The position numbers and the translations under genes were made by a program. Below, one piece after another: positions 1-9,600 of a stretch of 43,141 nt of DNA (positions are counted from its first letter, which is position 1; each line of letters begins with the position of its first letter). The notes beneath the pieces are model-generated. The model was not told the origin of the DNA. It searched no databases and saw only the letters and a list, made by a program, of their open reading frames with translations. Source of the stretch: an uncultured Chthonomonadaceae bacterium (lineage in GTDB: Bacteria; Armatimonadota; Chthonomonadetes; Chthonomonadales; Chthonomonadaceae); contig CAWIEK010000069.1 of the NCBI GenBank assembly GCA_963835065.1, positions 1 to 43,141 on the forward strand. The letters are read 5' to 3'.

Positions 1-293
1 GTTTCAATTCCACACTGGTTCGATTAAAGCCAGGCGTGTTGGCGCCATTGATCTACAAAATTCACTGGTTTCAATTCCACACTGGTTCGATTAAAGCGTT
101 TTGCGACGGCAACGTTTCCAATTCCGTTTGCGTTTCAATTCCACACTGGTTCGATTAAAGCGGTTTGCAGCAGATCCTTTTTCCGCGAAGTGTGGTTTCA
201 ATTCCACACTGGTTAGATTAAAGCGACAAATGGAATGGCCACTTGCCGCTGTGCCGTCAAATGGTTTCAATTCCACACTGGTTCGATTAAAGC
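1..293 (-). CRISPR. CRISPR array, 5 repeats of 30 bp and 4 spacers (33-39 bp), probably truncated at the left window edge
   Basis: GTTTCAATTCCACACTGGTTCGATTAAAGC at 1-30, 68-97, 132-161, 195-224 (one C>A change) and 264-293, with unique spacers of 37, 34, 33 and 39 bp. The reverse complement ends in ATTGAAAC, the typical 3' end of Cas6-processed class 1 (I-B/III-like) repeats, so transcription is probably on the minus strand. Confidence 0.97.
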
Positions 294-440
294 GCCAGAT
301 ATAGCGCCGATCATGTGTCAGATACGCTACATGGAAGCAGATAGTTTCGACGAGTAAAGCGTTTTAGCCCTGAAAGCCCTGAAAAAGTCGTCGGCCTCCC
401 TCTCGAAGCCAGGCTATCGGAGGCCGACGACTCTTTTCTA
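294..440 (-). promoter_or_regulatory. Probable CRISPR leader containing a 14-bp inverted repeat
   Basis: Non-coding DNA at the inferred 5' end of the array. AGTCGTCGGCCTCC (386-399) pairs perfectly with GGAGGCCGACGACT (419-432), resembling palindromes seen in class 1 leaders. Confidence 0.65.
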
Positions 441-896
441 CCCACCGGACGGCATTGCTTTGTACAAAACGGTCGCTTCGTCTTCGATAAACTTCAAGGC
501 TTCCGCATACGCCTGCGCCACGCTGCCGAACTCCGCCGACGTGTCATCGCCCCGATAGTATTTTGCGCTCCGTTCAGTTCCAATAGGACGCGCTCCTTTT
601 CCACTTCCTCCGCCGTGAAATAGCGCATGGCCGTTCGGCTCAGTTTGTTGTCAAAGCCTTCAGATGATTCGCCGGAACAACCAGTTTCTTGTGCGCTTTC
701 ACCGCAATTCGATACCGCATGAAACCCTCCTGTTAGAGCAACTGTCCAGCCCCATAGCCGGGTTATGCAATTACCACAAGCAAATACAGAAAAAAGAGCA
801 AAACAACGCCAAAAACGTGAACCTTTTGCCCCACACAACCGTCTAAATAGCACAAGTGTCTACTATTCAGGCACAAAGGCTGAACGTTGGTAGTTC

Positions 897-926
897 CTAT
901 CAACTATCAACTCTCAACTATCAACT
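897..926. repeat. Heptamer tandem repeat (TATCAAC)x4
   Basis: ctatcaactatcaactctcaactatcaact; the same unit recurs at 35393, 37903, 38480 and 39546. Confidence 0.9.
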
Positions 927-933
927 CAGGAAC

Positions 934-1079
934 GGAGGTGCAAGAAGATGCTATGTTCACTCCTCCCGTGCGCCCTGATGCTTACGAGGTCACGACGCCT
1001 CTCCTCTACAATTTGACACAACGAGACATCGGGCTGGAAGCGCTGCATTGCCAAGATTTCGACGATGCCTCTACATATC
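934..1079 (+). repeat. Dispersed ~145-bp repeat, copy 1
   Basis: Reverse-complement match to 17751-17895; the core 994-1079 has 3 mismatches in 86 bp. Confidence 0.9.
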
Positions 1080-1181
1080 CTTTTCAACTCACAGGCAGCA
1101 TTAGCAATGTCCTGGATGGTACAATCACTCCTAACACCATCTGAAGATGAAGCATGTTCGGAATACCTGCGAAAGAAGAAA

Positions 1182-2693
1182 ATGAACAAACAACCCCATC
1201 TATTCGCCTCGCCCAACCGCGCTTACTCTTCGCGCCGCGACTTTCTGCGCCTCACCGGGTCAGGCTTCGGCATGTTAGCCCTGTCCGCCCTGTTAGATCA
1301 ACAAGGCGCGAAAGCAGATACCCGGCAGCGCACACCCTCAATCGAAAATCGGCAATCGAAAATCGAAAATTCAAACACCCTGAATCCCCTCGCTGCGCAT
1401 CCCGGCCACTTTCCCGCCCGCGCCAAAAGCGTGATCTGGCTGTTTATGAACGGCGGGCCGTCACAGGTGGATACATGGGACTACAAGCCGGAACTTGCCC
1501 GGCACGACGGGCGGGAACTGAAAGGCTTCGACAAAGACACGGGCTTTTTCGTGGATCAGGTCGGGCCGCTGATGAAATCGCCGTTCGGGTTCGCGCAGCA
1601 CGGTCAGTCGGGGGCGTGGGTGTCCGATATTTTCCCCGGCATGGCGCAACATGTGGACGACATGGCGTTTATTCACAGCTGCTACACGGAAACCAACAAC
1701 CATTCGCCCGCCCTGTTTGAAATCAACACGGGCATGAACCGCATGGGCTTTCCGAGCGTGGGCGCGTGGGTCACGTATGGCCTGGGTTCCGACAGCCAGA
1801 ACCTGCCCGGTTTCGTAGTCATGTACGACACGCTGGGGAGGGGACTGCCCAAAGGCTACGCGCAAAACTGGGGCGCGGGGTTTCTGCCGGGCGTGTATCA
1901 GGGAACCGCGCTCAACGCGCAGGGAGCGCCCATCAACAATCTCGCCCGCGCTGCGCAAATGACCGACGAACAGCAGCGCGCCCAACTCAGCCTGCTTTCC
2001 CGCCTGAACCACGCGCACAGCGAACCCAATCCAGCCGACGCGGAACTGGCGGCGCGCATACAGTCGTTTGAACTCGCCTACCGGATGCAGATGGCCGCGC
2101 CCGACGCCTTAGACTTCGGCAAGGAAACGCCCGAAATCCAAAAACTATACGGACTGGATGACAAGCGGTGCGCCCACTTCGGCAAGCAGTGCCTGATGGC
2201 GCGGCGCATGGTGGAGCGGGGCGTCCGGTTTGTGCAGATTTATTCGGGCGGCGAGGAAAACGAGAAAAGCTGGGACGGGCACAGCAACATCGGCGACAAC
2301 CACCGCCAATTCGCGGGCGAAACCGACACGCCCATTGCCGGCCTGCTCACCGACCTGAAACAGCGCGGACTGTTGGAGGATACGCTCGTCATCTGGTGCG
2401 GCGAGTTCGGGCGGCTGCCGCTTGTGCAAAAGGGCGGCACGGGCCGCGACCACAATCCCCATGCCTTTACAACATGGATGGCGGGCGGTGGCGTCAAGGG
2501 CGGCGTCCACTACGGCGAAACGGACGAATTAGGCCACAAGGCCACCGTCAACCGCGTCAGCGTCAACGACCTCCACGCGACCATTCTGCACCTGCTCGGC
2601 CTGGAGCATACCAAACTAACCTACCACTTCAACAGCCGCAACTACCGCCTGACGGACGTAGCGGGCAATGTCGTTAGAGACATTCTGGCGTAA
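1182..2693 (+). CDS. DUF1501 family protein with Tat signal (sulfatase-like fold)
   Basis: SSRRDFL twin-arginine motif; family motifs AKSVIWLFMNGGPSQVDTWDYKP, ARRMVERGVRFVQ, WDGH, GEFGRLP and GRDHNP. Start chosen at ATG 1182. Confidence 0.92.
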   Translation: MNKQPHLFASPNRAYSSRRDFLRLTGSGFGMLALSALLDQQGAKADTRQRTPSIENRQSKIENSNTLNPLAAHPGHFPARAKSVIWLFMNGGPSQVDTWDYKPELARHDGRELKGFDKDTGFFVDQVGPLMKSPFGFAQHGQSGAWVSDIFPGMAQHVDDMAFIHSCYTETNNHSPALFEINTGMNRMGFPSVGAWVTYGLGSDSQNLPGFVVMYDTLGRGLPKGYAQNWGAGFLPGVYQGTALNAQGAPINNLARAAQMTDEQQRAQLSLLSRLNHAHSEPNPADAELAARIQSFELAYRMQMAAPDALDFGKETPEIQKLYGLDDKRCAHFGKQCLMARRMVERGVRFVQIYSGGEENEKSWDGHSNIGDNHRQFAGETDTPIAGLLTDLKQRGLLEDTLVIWCGEFGRLPLVQKGGTGRDHNPHAFTTWMAGGGVKGGVHYGETDELGHKATVNRVSVNDLHATILHLLGLEHTKLTYHFNSRNYRLTDVAGNVVRDILA

Positions 2694-2756
2694 GATATTC
2701 AGCCACATAAAATCGAATAGAAAGCAGAAAAGTCAGCGTGAAAGCGCGAGCCACGC

Positions 2757-3194
2757 TTGATGGAGGTAAAAACGAGCATCATGGAAACACTGTCGCAACC
2801 GAAGCGTTATTTTCCAAAGCCGGGGCGTGGATTGGCAGGCAAGAAGGTGAAGAAAACGCCTGTTCAACCTGTTCTCCCGGCAGACAACGGGCAGAGCGCG
2901 GCGTCCGGTACGCCGCCGGGATCAGCAGAAACGCAAACACAGATCGCCAACCGGCTATTCCGAGAGCGGGCCGAAAAGATTGCCGATGTAGAGGTCAGGA
3001 TACATCCCGGCGAAAATGAATGGGAACCTATCTATCTCATTCTGGTTCCCGATCTATGGAGCGCAGCCTTTGATAAGATTGTCAAGCTGCGCGGCAGTCT
3101 GTATCGCAAGTATCCTGATTCAATCTTGAACGTGGAATTGCGAGGTCAACGCGAGTTAGGCGAGTGCCCGATTACAGATATTCTCATCAGTTAG
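2757..3194 (+). CDS. Hypothetical protein, probable antitoxin partner of the downstream HEPN-like gene
   Basis: 145-aa ORF ending 16 bp before a HEPN-like ORF; two-gene TA-like layout. No diagnostic motif recognised. Confidence 0.55.
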   Translation: MMEVKTSIMETLSQPKRYFPKPGRGLAGKKVKKTPVQPVLPADNGQSAASGTPPGSAETQTQIANRLFRERAEKIADVEVRIHPGENEWEPIYLILVPDLWSAAFDKIVKLRGSLYRKYPDSILNVELRGQRELGECPITDILIS

Positions 3195-3210
3195 CCCAAG
3201 ACGGAGAACC

Positions 3211-3624
3211 ATGCCTTCCAGACAACCACCACAGCTACAGATCGGGAAGCAAGCGCGTAAGCATATTGATGGCGCGTGGGAGAACTATCAGCGTTACGAA
3301 CGCTTGCTGCAAACGCCGGAAGATGCGGGATGGGCCACCGTTGCGTTATTCTATGCCGCTCTGCATCTCGTGCAGGCCAATGCGATTGCAAAAAGCGGAC
3401 GGCTTCAGGAGCCGGTTCCCGATAATCACAACGAGCGCATCAAGTATGTGACAAAGCATTTGGGCCGTATCGAAGGGGATTATACCAGACTCGAAGAGGG
3501 AAGCAAATTTGTCCGTTATGATTTGTGGCAGCCGCCGCTGGAAGAAATCGCGCGATACCACGACATAGCATTTGCGCGTATCCGAACGCATCTTGCCGCC
3601 CAAAATATCGCGTGGAGCGAGTAG
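3211..3624 (+). CDS. HEPN-like domain protein (putative toxin)
   Basis: GGAG RBS; pattern WATVALFYAALHLVQA...HNER...Y..L...S..VRYD typical of small helical HEPN proteins. Confidence 0.65.
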   Translation: MPSRQPPQLQIGKQARKHIDGAWENYQRYERLLQTPEDAGWATVALFYAALHLVQANAIAKSGRLQEPVPDNHNERIKYVTKHLGRIEGDYTRLEEGSKFVRYDLWQPPLEEIARYHDIAFARIRTHLAAQNIAWSE

Positions 3625-3695
3625 GTGACATTAAGGCTGAACCAAACCCGTACCGGCAAGCAGGAACGGCAGAAGGAAACTGTAGGGACATAGTT

Positions 3696-4190
3696 TTACT
3701 CTGCTGGCTTGTTGCGTTCTGCGAGAACGCGAAGGAAGGCGGCAGGATCAACAATCTTCAAGAAGGGGTAACGGTGCAGGAATGCCCTGCCGTCTGCTTT
3801 ACGATTGTCCATCAGGTCAAGCAAATCTGTGTCCCGGCTGACGATGTAATGCGCTTTTACAACAATTGCCAGATTTATGTAAGGCTCATCTTTCGGGTCG
3901 CGTTCATAGCGAAATTCTGCGGGAACGTTTATGGTGAAAACAGCTTTCCCTAGGATGCTTTGTAACAGTTAATTCACGACAGCAGGCGTCAGAGCGTCAA
4001 ACTTTTGCTGCAATGCAGGGCGAGAAAGCACATCACGCACTTCCTCAAGAATGTCACTGCTGTAATGAAGAGTGAACTCGCCATTTCTAAAGCCCTGTAG
4101 ACAGGCAAAAGCCGGACCGGTTTGCCGCGCTGTTCCCTGCAAAAAGGTATTACAGTCGAAAACTACATCCAGTTTGTTGTCCGGGTTCAC
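3696..4190 (-). pseudogene. PIN-domain toxin with an internal in-frame TAA at 3969-3971
   Basis: N-terminal VVFDCNTF...ILEEVRDVLSRP. After the TAA the same frame continues LLQSIL...RDPKDEPYINLA...IVSRDTDLLDL to TAA at 3696, completing a ~164-aa PIN protein. Confidence 0.85.
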
Positions 4191-4513
4191 GCTGTTTGCC
4201 CGGCAGGGCGCTTCGCAGCCTGCTTTTCTTGATAAACCTCGTTCCGCAAAGTCTCAAAGAGCAGAATCCAGTTCCTCATCTGATATTCCACTGGCTTCTA
4301 CCTGCCGATGAACGGGCGCTAAAATCTCTTCCAGCGAGGGTATTGGCGCAACAGAGACACCGGAAGCAGATACAGGCTGCTTGTCTGTTCTCACGTCTTT
4401 TTCTATCAGGACGCGAACATAATCTCCTATAGTGGGCGCTTTTTGCTCCATCGCTTTTCGCGTCAGTTCAGCAAGCGCTTCCTCGGACATGGTTATTTCA
4501 AAGGTGTAAGTTG
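4187..4513 (-). CDS. Putative antitoxin for the PIN toxin (frameshift near 4260)
   Basis: RHH-like N-terminus (FEITMSEEALAELTRKA...IGDYVRVLIE). A frame change after ELD gives LFETLRNEVYQEKQ...TA*, whose stop overlaps the PIN GTG start (GTGA). Start approximate. Confidence 0.6.
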
Positions 4514-4544
4514 TCAACTTCTGCTTCCTCGTTTCTTTCAATAA

Positions 4545-4797
4545 CGCGCATCGGCGATGTCGGCAAAACATGCTGTCTTGTCCGCGCTTTGGCAAGACGC
4601 ATAATCTGTTCTAACTGCGTGTACGAGTTCGAGTTCCGCGTGTTGTTCCGGCGTCAGTTCGCCGGACTTCTCGCGGGCAAGCAGTTCCCATGCCCGCGCC
4701 TTCACTTGCGCGGAAGGGGTAAACTCGCTAACCTCACGGGAACTGCTGCCCAGGCAATGAAGTTGATAACTTCATCATAGGCTTTGGTAAGTACCAT
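4545..4797 (-). pseudogene. Small antitoxin-like hypothetical protein broken by two frameshifts
   Basis: Stitched translation MVLTKAYDEVINFIA/GSSSREVSEFTPSAQVKARAWELLAREKSGELTPEQHAELE/YTQLEQIMRLAKARTRQ resembles a small family I recall upstream of HNH nuclease genes. End approximate. Confidence 0.55.
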
Positions 4798-4864
4798 AAA
4801 ACAAATTTTCCAATCCTTGCATTCAGGTGAGCATTCTTTGCCTGTAACGCCTTGTCATCATCTA

Positions 4865-6163
4865 TTAAGGACATAGGGTTACGTTGACAGCCTGTAATGC
4901 TTCTATGTTCTTTTTGCGGTCATACCCTTCGATTAGTTGGAAGCAGACACATGCGCCCTGAACTGCTTGTTCGCGCCTACCTTTGAATGAGGCAATACTG
5001 AAGTGGTACTCCAATCCATCCTTTGTTCTAATGAAACCCGCATTTCCGTTAGGGAGAATTACTTTGATCGTTCCACACTGTCTAGGTGTGTGCGCTTCTT
5101 GCACTTCCTTCCAATAGGAAACGAGGCTGCGTTTCAAATCTCCTCTGTTTGTGTCCGAAGTCAAATTTACTTCTAACCGAGTTGCTAATTCTTGATGAGA
5201 TGCAGGCAATTTCCAACCCTCATCTGAGTAAATCTGCATTGCAAGGAGAATATGTTGTTGTGCGCGTTCAGTTTCCTGTTGTGCTTCCGATATTTCTCCA
5301 AGCAACAGGTACAATTTCCCTTTCATTTTGTCTTCGCCGTGTCCTAATGCGGCTGACACGGCAAAGACTAATGCTTCTTCTGTTCTTCCAAGATTGAACA
5401 AGAGTTCAGCCAATTCGTATTCAATGAACCATTCGCGCTTACGCCGAGCAAGTTCTTTCAGTTTCTCGATAGCTTCCTCTCGTTGGCCTGTATGAACATC
5501 ACACAGGGCGATACGCCATCGGAACCATACATCATTGTCGTAATGGAAGGAAGCAACTTTACTCAATGCCTGCTCACAAGCTTGACGACAATCATTATAC
5601 CGCTTGTGATCGAGCAGAGCCTTTGTGCGGTGCGCAAACCAAGTTTCCAAGTGAGATGCAAGCTCTCGGCGTTTTCCCGTCTCATCAGTAAAAGCGAGAC
5701 ACTCTTGCCCCAAATATTCCGGGTTTAATTTACCAAGCCATGTTAGTATGTTTGCTGCCTGTGAAGTTGGCTTGTCTTTCAAGTAATCAATAACCTTGAA
5801 GATCGTGTGCGTGTAGGGAGAATACTGATCTTGTGCAACTAAATCAAGAATAGATTTAGCAGAATGTACAAATTGTTGCTCGTTATTGCGAATTTGATCG
5901 TTCGGTATTTTAACTTCTGATGCATAAATGCACCATGCAAGCACTTGCTTTGCGCGAGCGAAATCAGGCTGTATTTCCAGCACTCGGCGACAAACGGTTT
6001 TTGCCTCCGCAAATTCACCCATTTGACGCAAGCAGTAGGCGTACCCCCATCCATCCCAAACATTGGCTTCTTCAACGCCATCATTCCAGAGTTGCTTATA
6101 AAGAGTGGCTGCCTGTTCATACTTCTTGGCCTTGCGAAGTTCATCTGGCTCTTCCATGTTCAT
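4865..6163 (-). CDS. TPR-repeat protein with C-terminal cold-shock/OB-fold domain
   Basis: Repeated helical TPR-like units (YAYCLRQMGEFAEAKTVC, YELAELLFNLGRTEEAL). C-terminus GTIKVILPNGNAGFI...YHF...VCFQL...AVNV matches the CSD pattern. ATGA overlap with the upstream gene. Confidence 0.85.
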   Translation of the reverse strand: MNMEEPDELRKAKKYEQAATLYKQLWNDGVEEANVWDGWGYAYCLRQMGEFAEAKTVCRRVLEIQPDFARAKQVLAWCIYASEVKIPNDQIRNNEQQFVHSAKSILDLVAQDQYSPYTHTIFKVIDYLKDKPTSQAANILTWLGKLNPEYLGQECLAFTDETGKRRELASHLETWFAHRTKALLDHKRYNDCRQACEQALSKVASFHYDNDVWFRWRIALCDVHTGQREEAIEKLKELARRKREWFIEYELAELLFNLGRTEEALVFAVSAALGHGEDKMKGKLYLLLGEISEAQQETERAQQHILLAMQIYSDEGWKLPASHQELATRLEVNLTSDTNRGDLKRSLVSYWKEVQEAHTPRQCGTIKVILPNGNAGFIRTKDGLEYHFSIASFKGRREQAVQGACVCFQLIEGYDRKKNIEALQAVNVTLCP

Positions 6164-6624
6164 GCCTCTTTCATCTGGTTAAAGATCGTTTCTAACTGTG
6201 GAAAGTTGAACCGTATTGCTTCCCGGTCACCAGCATTGGGGTCAACGCGCAAAATTGCATCTGCCAGTACAACAAAGTCAAACCGACAGTTTTCATACGG
6301 CTTTAGCAAAGTATGATAATGCTGGACTTCCTCAAGAGAATGAGGAGGTACAACTTCAACCGTTGCTGGTTGTTCGCAAATCCGCTTGACATCAACTTTG
6401 ACTTCGCTGTTTCTAATCTCACTATACTGTTGAGTGTAACGCTTACGATTTGGGCTGTAGTTCACTACCAGTTTCCCATAATGCTCAGAGGCTTTGCTCA
6501 GAGATAACTTTCCCATGTGATCTTGGAAAGCATCTTCAATGATGCAGGCGGTGTATCCATTGTTTTGCAATAGGCAACAGAGTTCATCTAGTTTCGCCCG
6601 CACTTCGGATTCACAGATGTACAT
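6160..6624 (-). CDS. Hypothetical protein (154 aa), middle gene of the helicase operon
   Basis: Starts 3 bp after the helicase stop and overlaps the TPR gene start by 4 bp. Confidence 0.75.
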   Translation of the reverse strand: MYICESEVRAKLDELCCLLQNNGYTACIIEDAFQDHMGKLSLSKASEHYGKLVVNYSPNRKRYTQQYSEIRNSEVKVDVKRICEQPATVEVVPPHSLEEVQHYHTLLKPYENCRFDFVVLADAILRVDPNAGDREAIRFNFPQLETIFNQMKEA

Positions 6625-6627
6625 GAC

Positions 6628-9600
6628 CTATTGTTCCTTAATACCCTTACCCTCAACGCTCTTGAAGCGCAACAGATCAAATTGCATTCTGGCAAATGCT
6701 TGTTTGTCTTCCTTAGATTTTATGCTACCTGTTCCGTTCAGCGTGTTCACGAACCAATCAGCAGAACATTGAATTTGGAGGTATGCACACTCTGGCAAGA
6801 ACTCTAATCGTGCCGCTCTGGAAATCAACTCGAAAGCGTTTGCGGTGTAGCTACCTGTATCGAGAGAGATGTACTCCTTTCCAGAATTCAGCGAAGTCAT
6901 TTTGTGAGGATCACCCAATTTCATTTTGAATACCAATGAACTGGATGAGAGTACAGAGGCAGACGAAAGCGAAGGTTCAAACGTGTTTTTGCCCAACAAG
7001 TAGCCTGCTACCATCAGTGCGGCCTTTTTGCTGACTGGGCCTGTTTGGAACTGTGAGCTGTAGCTCTTCAGACAGGCATAACAACCATTTTCGCATGGGC
7101 AGTTACTCATCGTTTCATAGGCATAACTAATCGTCTCCTTAAGTTCAGCATATATTTTATTGATTGGAACGTTGCCATTTCCATCAAAGTCGTACAAGAG
7201 TACGTAAATCCAATTTTCAGCATCGGATTCTGGCAACATATCCGTTCGAAGCCGTAGGTCGCCTTCACTCAGCCTGAATCTGCTGACAATAGCGCGTTCA
7301 AGCGAACTGACAAAACTCATGCAGTTTTTCTTATCGTGGTTTATCTCTTCTGGAAAGGAAAGCACGATAGCATTACGTAAGATGTCATACCCAAGACAGA
7401 ATAATTCTCCAGTTTCGTCATCTTTGAATGGAAGTAAGGGTTCACCGTGCTGCACTTTACCCATGTTACGAAAGGACAAAATACCTTGATTGATAAGGCC
7501 AGTACGCATTACTTTGCCCCCGTCAGTCTCGTCAAACTCATCAGATACGCTGGATGATAAGAAGGAGCGTTTGAACTCATATACGATCTTCAGTTTGTCT
7601 TTTGGAGGTTGCTCATGTTTTCGGGCATCAAGAATTTGGTAGCTACGAATACTGGTGGAATCAAAGGTGTCAAATTCACCTCGACTGGTTAGCGTGTAGA
7701 TGCCATCTGCAAAGTAGGTAGTTGCACCCGGTACGAATTTCTGTATTGCTACTTCGGGTTCTCGCTCAGATAAGGCATATTCCCGATATTCAATATCCTG
7801 ATGTGGTTTTCTTCGGCTATGCTCTTCGTCTGCTGTCTTGTAATCAACGACATATACCATGTCATGACGAAATCCATGATCTGGATAGAAGCCAGCACTG
7901 TAGAACCACTGCTGCGGTCCTTTATTACCTCTTTTAATCTCTTTCAGTTTGGCAAGAGCATCTTTGTATGCTTCTTCAAATAATTTCTCAAATTCTTCAT
8001 CATTCTCAGTAAACAAGCCACCAAAAACTTCATAAGCGCGTTTTGCGCGAGCAGGAACATTGGCCGGATTGTAGTTAGTTCCATCGCCAACCGGATGGAC
8101 GAGAGCGTATATATGACGCATAATAACACTACGAAGTGCCGGGTCGAAGTGCGGTGGCGACACGACTCCGGCAATCATTTTGGTTGGCTGCTGGAAGTAG
8201 AAAAGATCGTGTTCATTGTCATCGCTGCAAAAGGTGACGATCAGCGCGGAATTGTCCCCATTTCCGCGTCCTGCCCGTCCTGCCCGCTGAATGTAGTTGG
8301 AGGGCATAGGAGGAACGCCGATCAGCAGAATGTCACGCAATTTGCCGATGTCAATTCCCATTTCAAGAGTTGGAGTTGACAGAATACAGTTCACGGACCC
8401 TTCTCTAATTCCCTTTTCGATCTTTTCACGTTGCTCGTTTTGCACTTCAGAACTATGAAGGGCAGCGACAAGAAGATATTTGTCTTTGAGTTCTTTGTAA
8501 TCAGCGACATCCGGCTTAGACAATCTAAGCCCAACACATTCCGGGTTTAGTTGATAACGCTTCTTACCGGCAGGAGTATCAGGAGTTTCAATCAGCATTC
8601 CCTTACGCAAAAGATCTTGGATGATATTCCGAAATTTTTTCAACGCCCAATCTGCTGACCAGTTCCTTGTATTCAAAGGCTTGTTCGCCAAGCGAGATGC
8701 TTGCGTGTGTTTGTGACTCCCAACGGTCCTCTGAACGGCAATAAAGGCTCTTGATTGTTTTTGCACTGGACAGGCGAAAACGGATGAAGTCAGAACACAA
8801 CTCGTTCAGCCATCTTTCATCCTTACGCCAGGGCATGCTTATCGCGCGTTCAGAAAGGAAGGCATTTAGCACTTCTGCTTCGGCGTCATTCAGGTTGAGG
8901 TTGGGACTCAACTCAAGTACATCTTGCTTGCCTGATTTGCGCGGTAACTCTCCGATGTAGCGGGAGTACCAGAGTGAAAATTCGCTAAAGATAGTCTTCT
9001 CAGTGTCCGTCATGGACTCCTGTGAAGGTACGTTTTGCTGTAAACGTTCAAATGCAGTCTGAAGGCCGCAGTCTTTTACTTGTTCGTGACAGAGTTCCAA
9101 GAACTTCTGTAAAAATTTATCGGCAAACTCATCCTTCAGGATACTTGTTTGACGTGATGCAATCTCGCGGTTATCAACGAAAGCGAGTAACTTCTTCTCT
9201 TGCAGGGGGCGGAAAGCAAGCAGTCCATCAACGAGACAGAACATATATTGATAGTCTTTGGTGGCTTGATAGTCTTTGGTGGTAAAGGTCAGGGGTATGA
9301 GGTTTTTGCGTACTTCCTCATAATTCAGAAAAGGAGCCACTTCAAGGTTCATCTTGCCATTTGCATCGGGAGCAAGTTCAAAGCCTCTATCGCGTGAGAT
9401 CAGCACGTCGTTGAATGTCATTAATCCATTGGAGCCAGCATCTTGTTCAGATTCGCCAGACTGCGGATCAGTTGAAATCAGAACATAGTAGATAATCTTT
9501 GATTCATCAGATTCAGCCGTCAGTGTGGCACGTAAACGCCTGTTGCTGATTTTACCAATGCATTTCTTGATGTCGTCCTTGTACACATTGAACAAAGGGG

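Noticed and set aside
91..304. ORFs 91-276 and 101-304
   Set aside because: They are translations of CRISPR repeats and spacers.
438..853. ORF 494-853 and a frameshifted continuation to ~438
   Set aside because: Partly coding-like, but no family motif is recognised and it does not resemble Cas2 or another Cas protein; too weak to call.
8630..8645. Programmed ribosomal frameshift at the A6 run
   Set aside because: A homopolymer indel in a window with many similar breaks; sequencing error is simpler.
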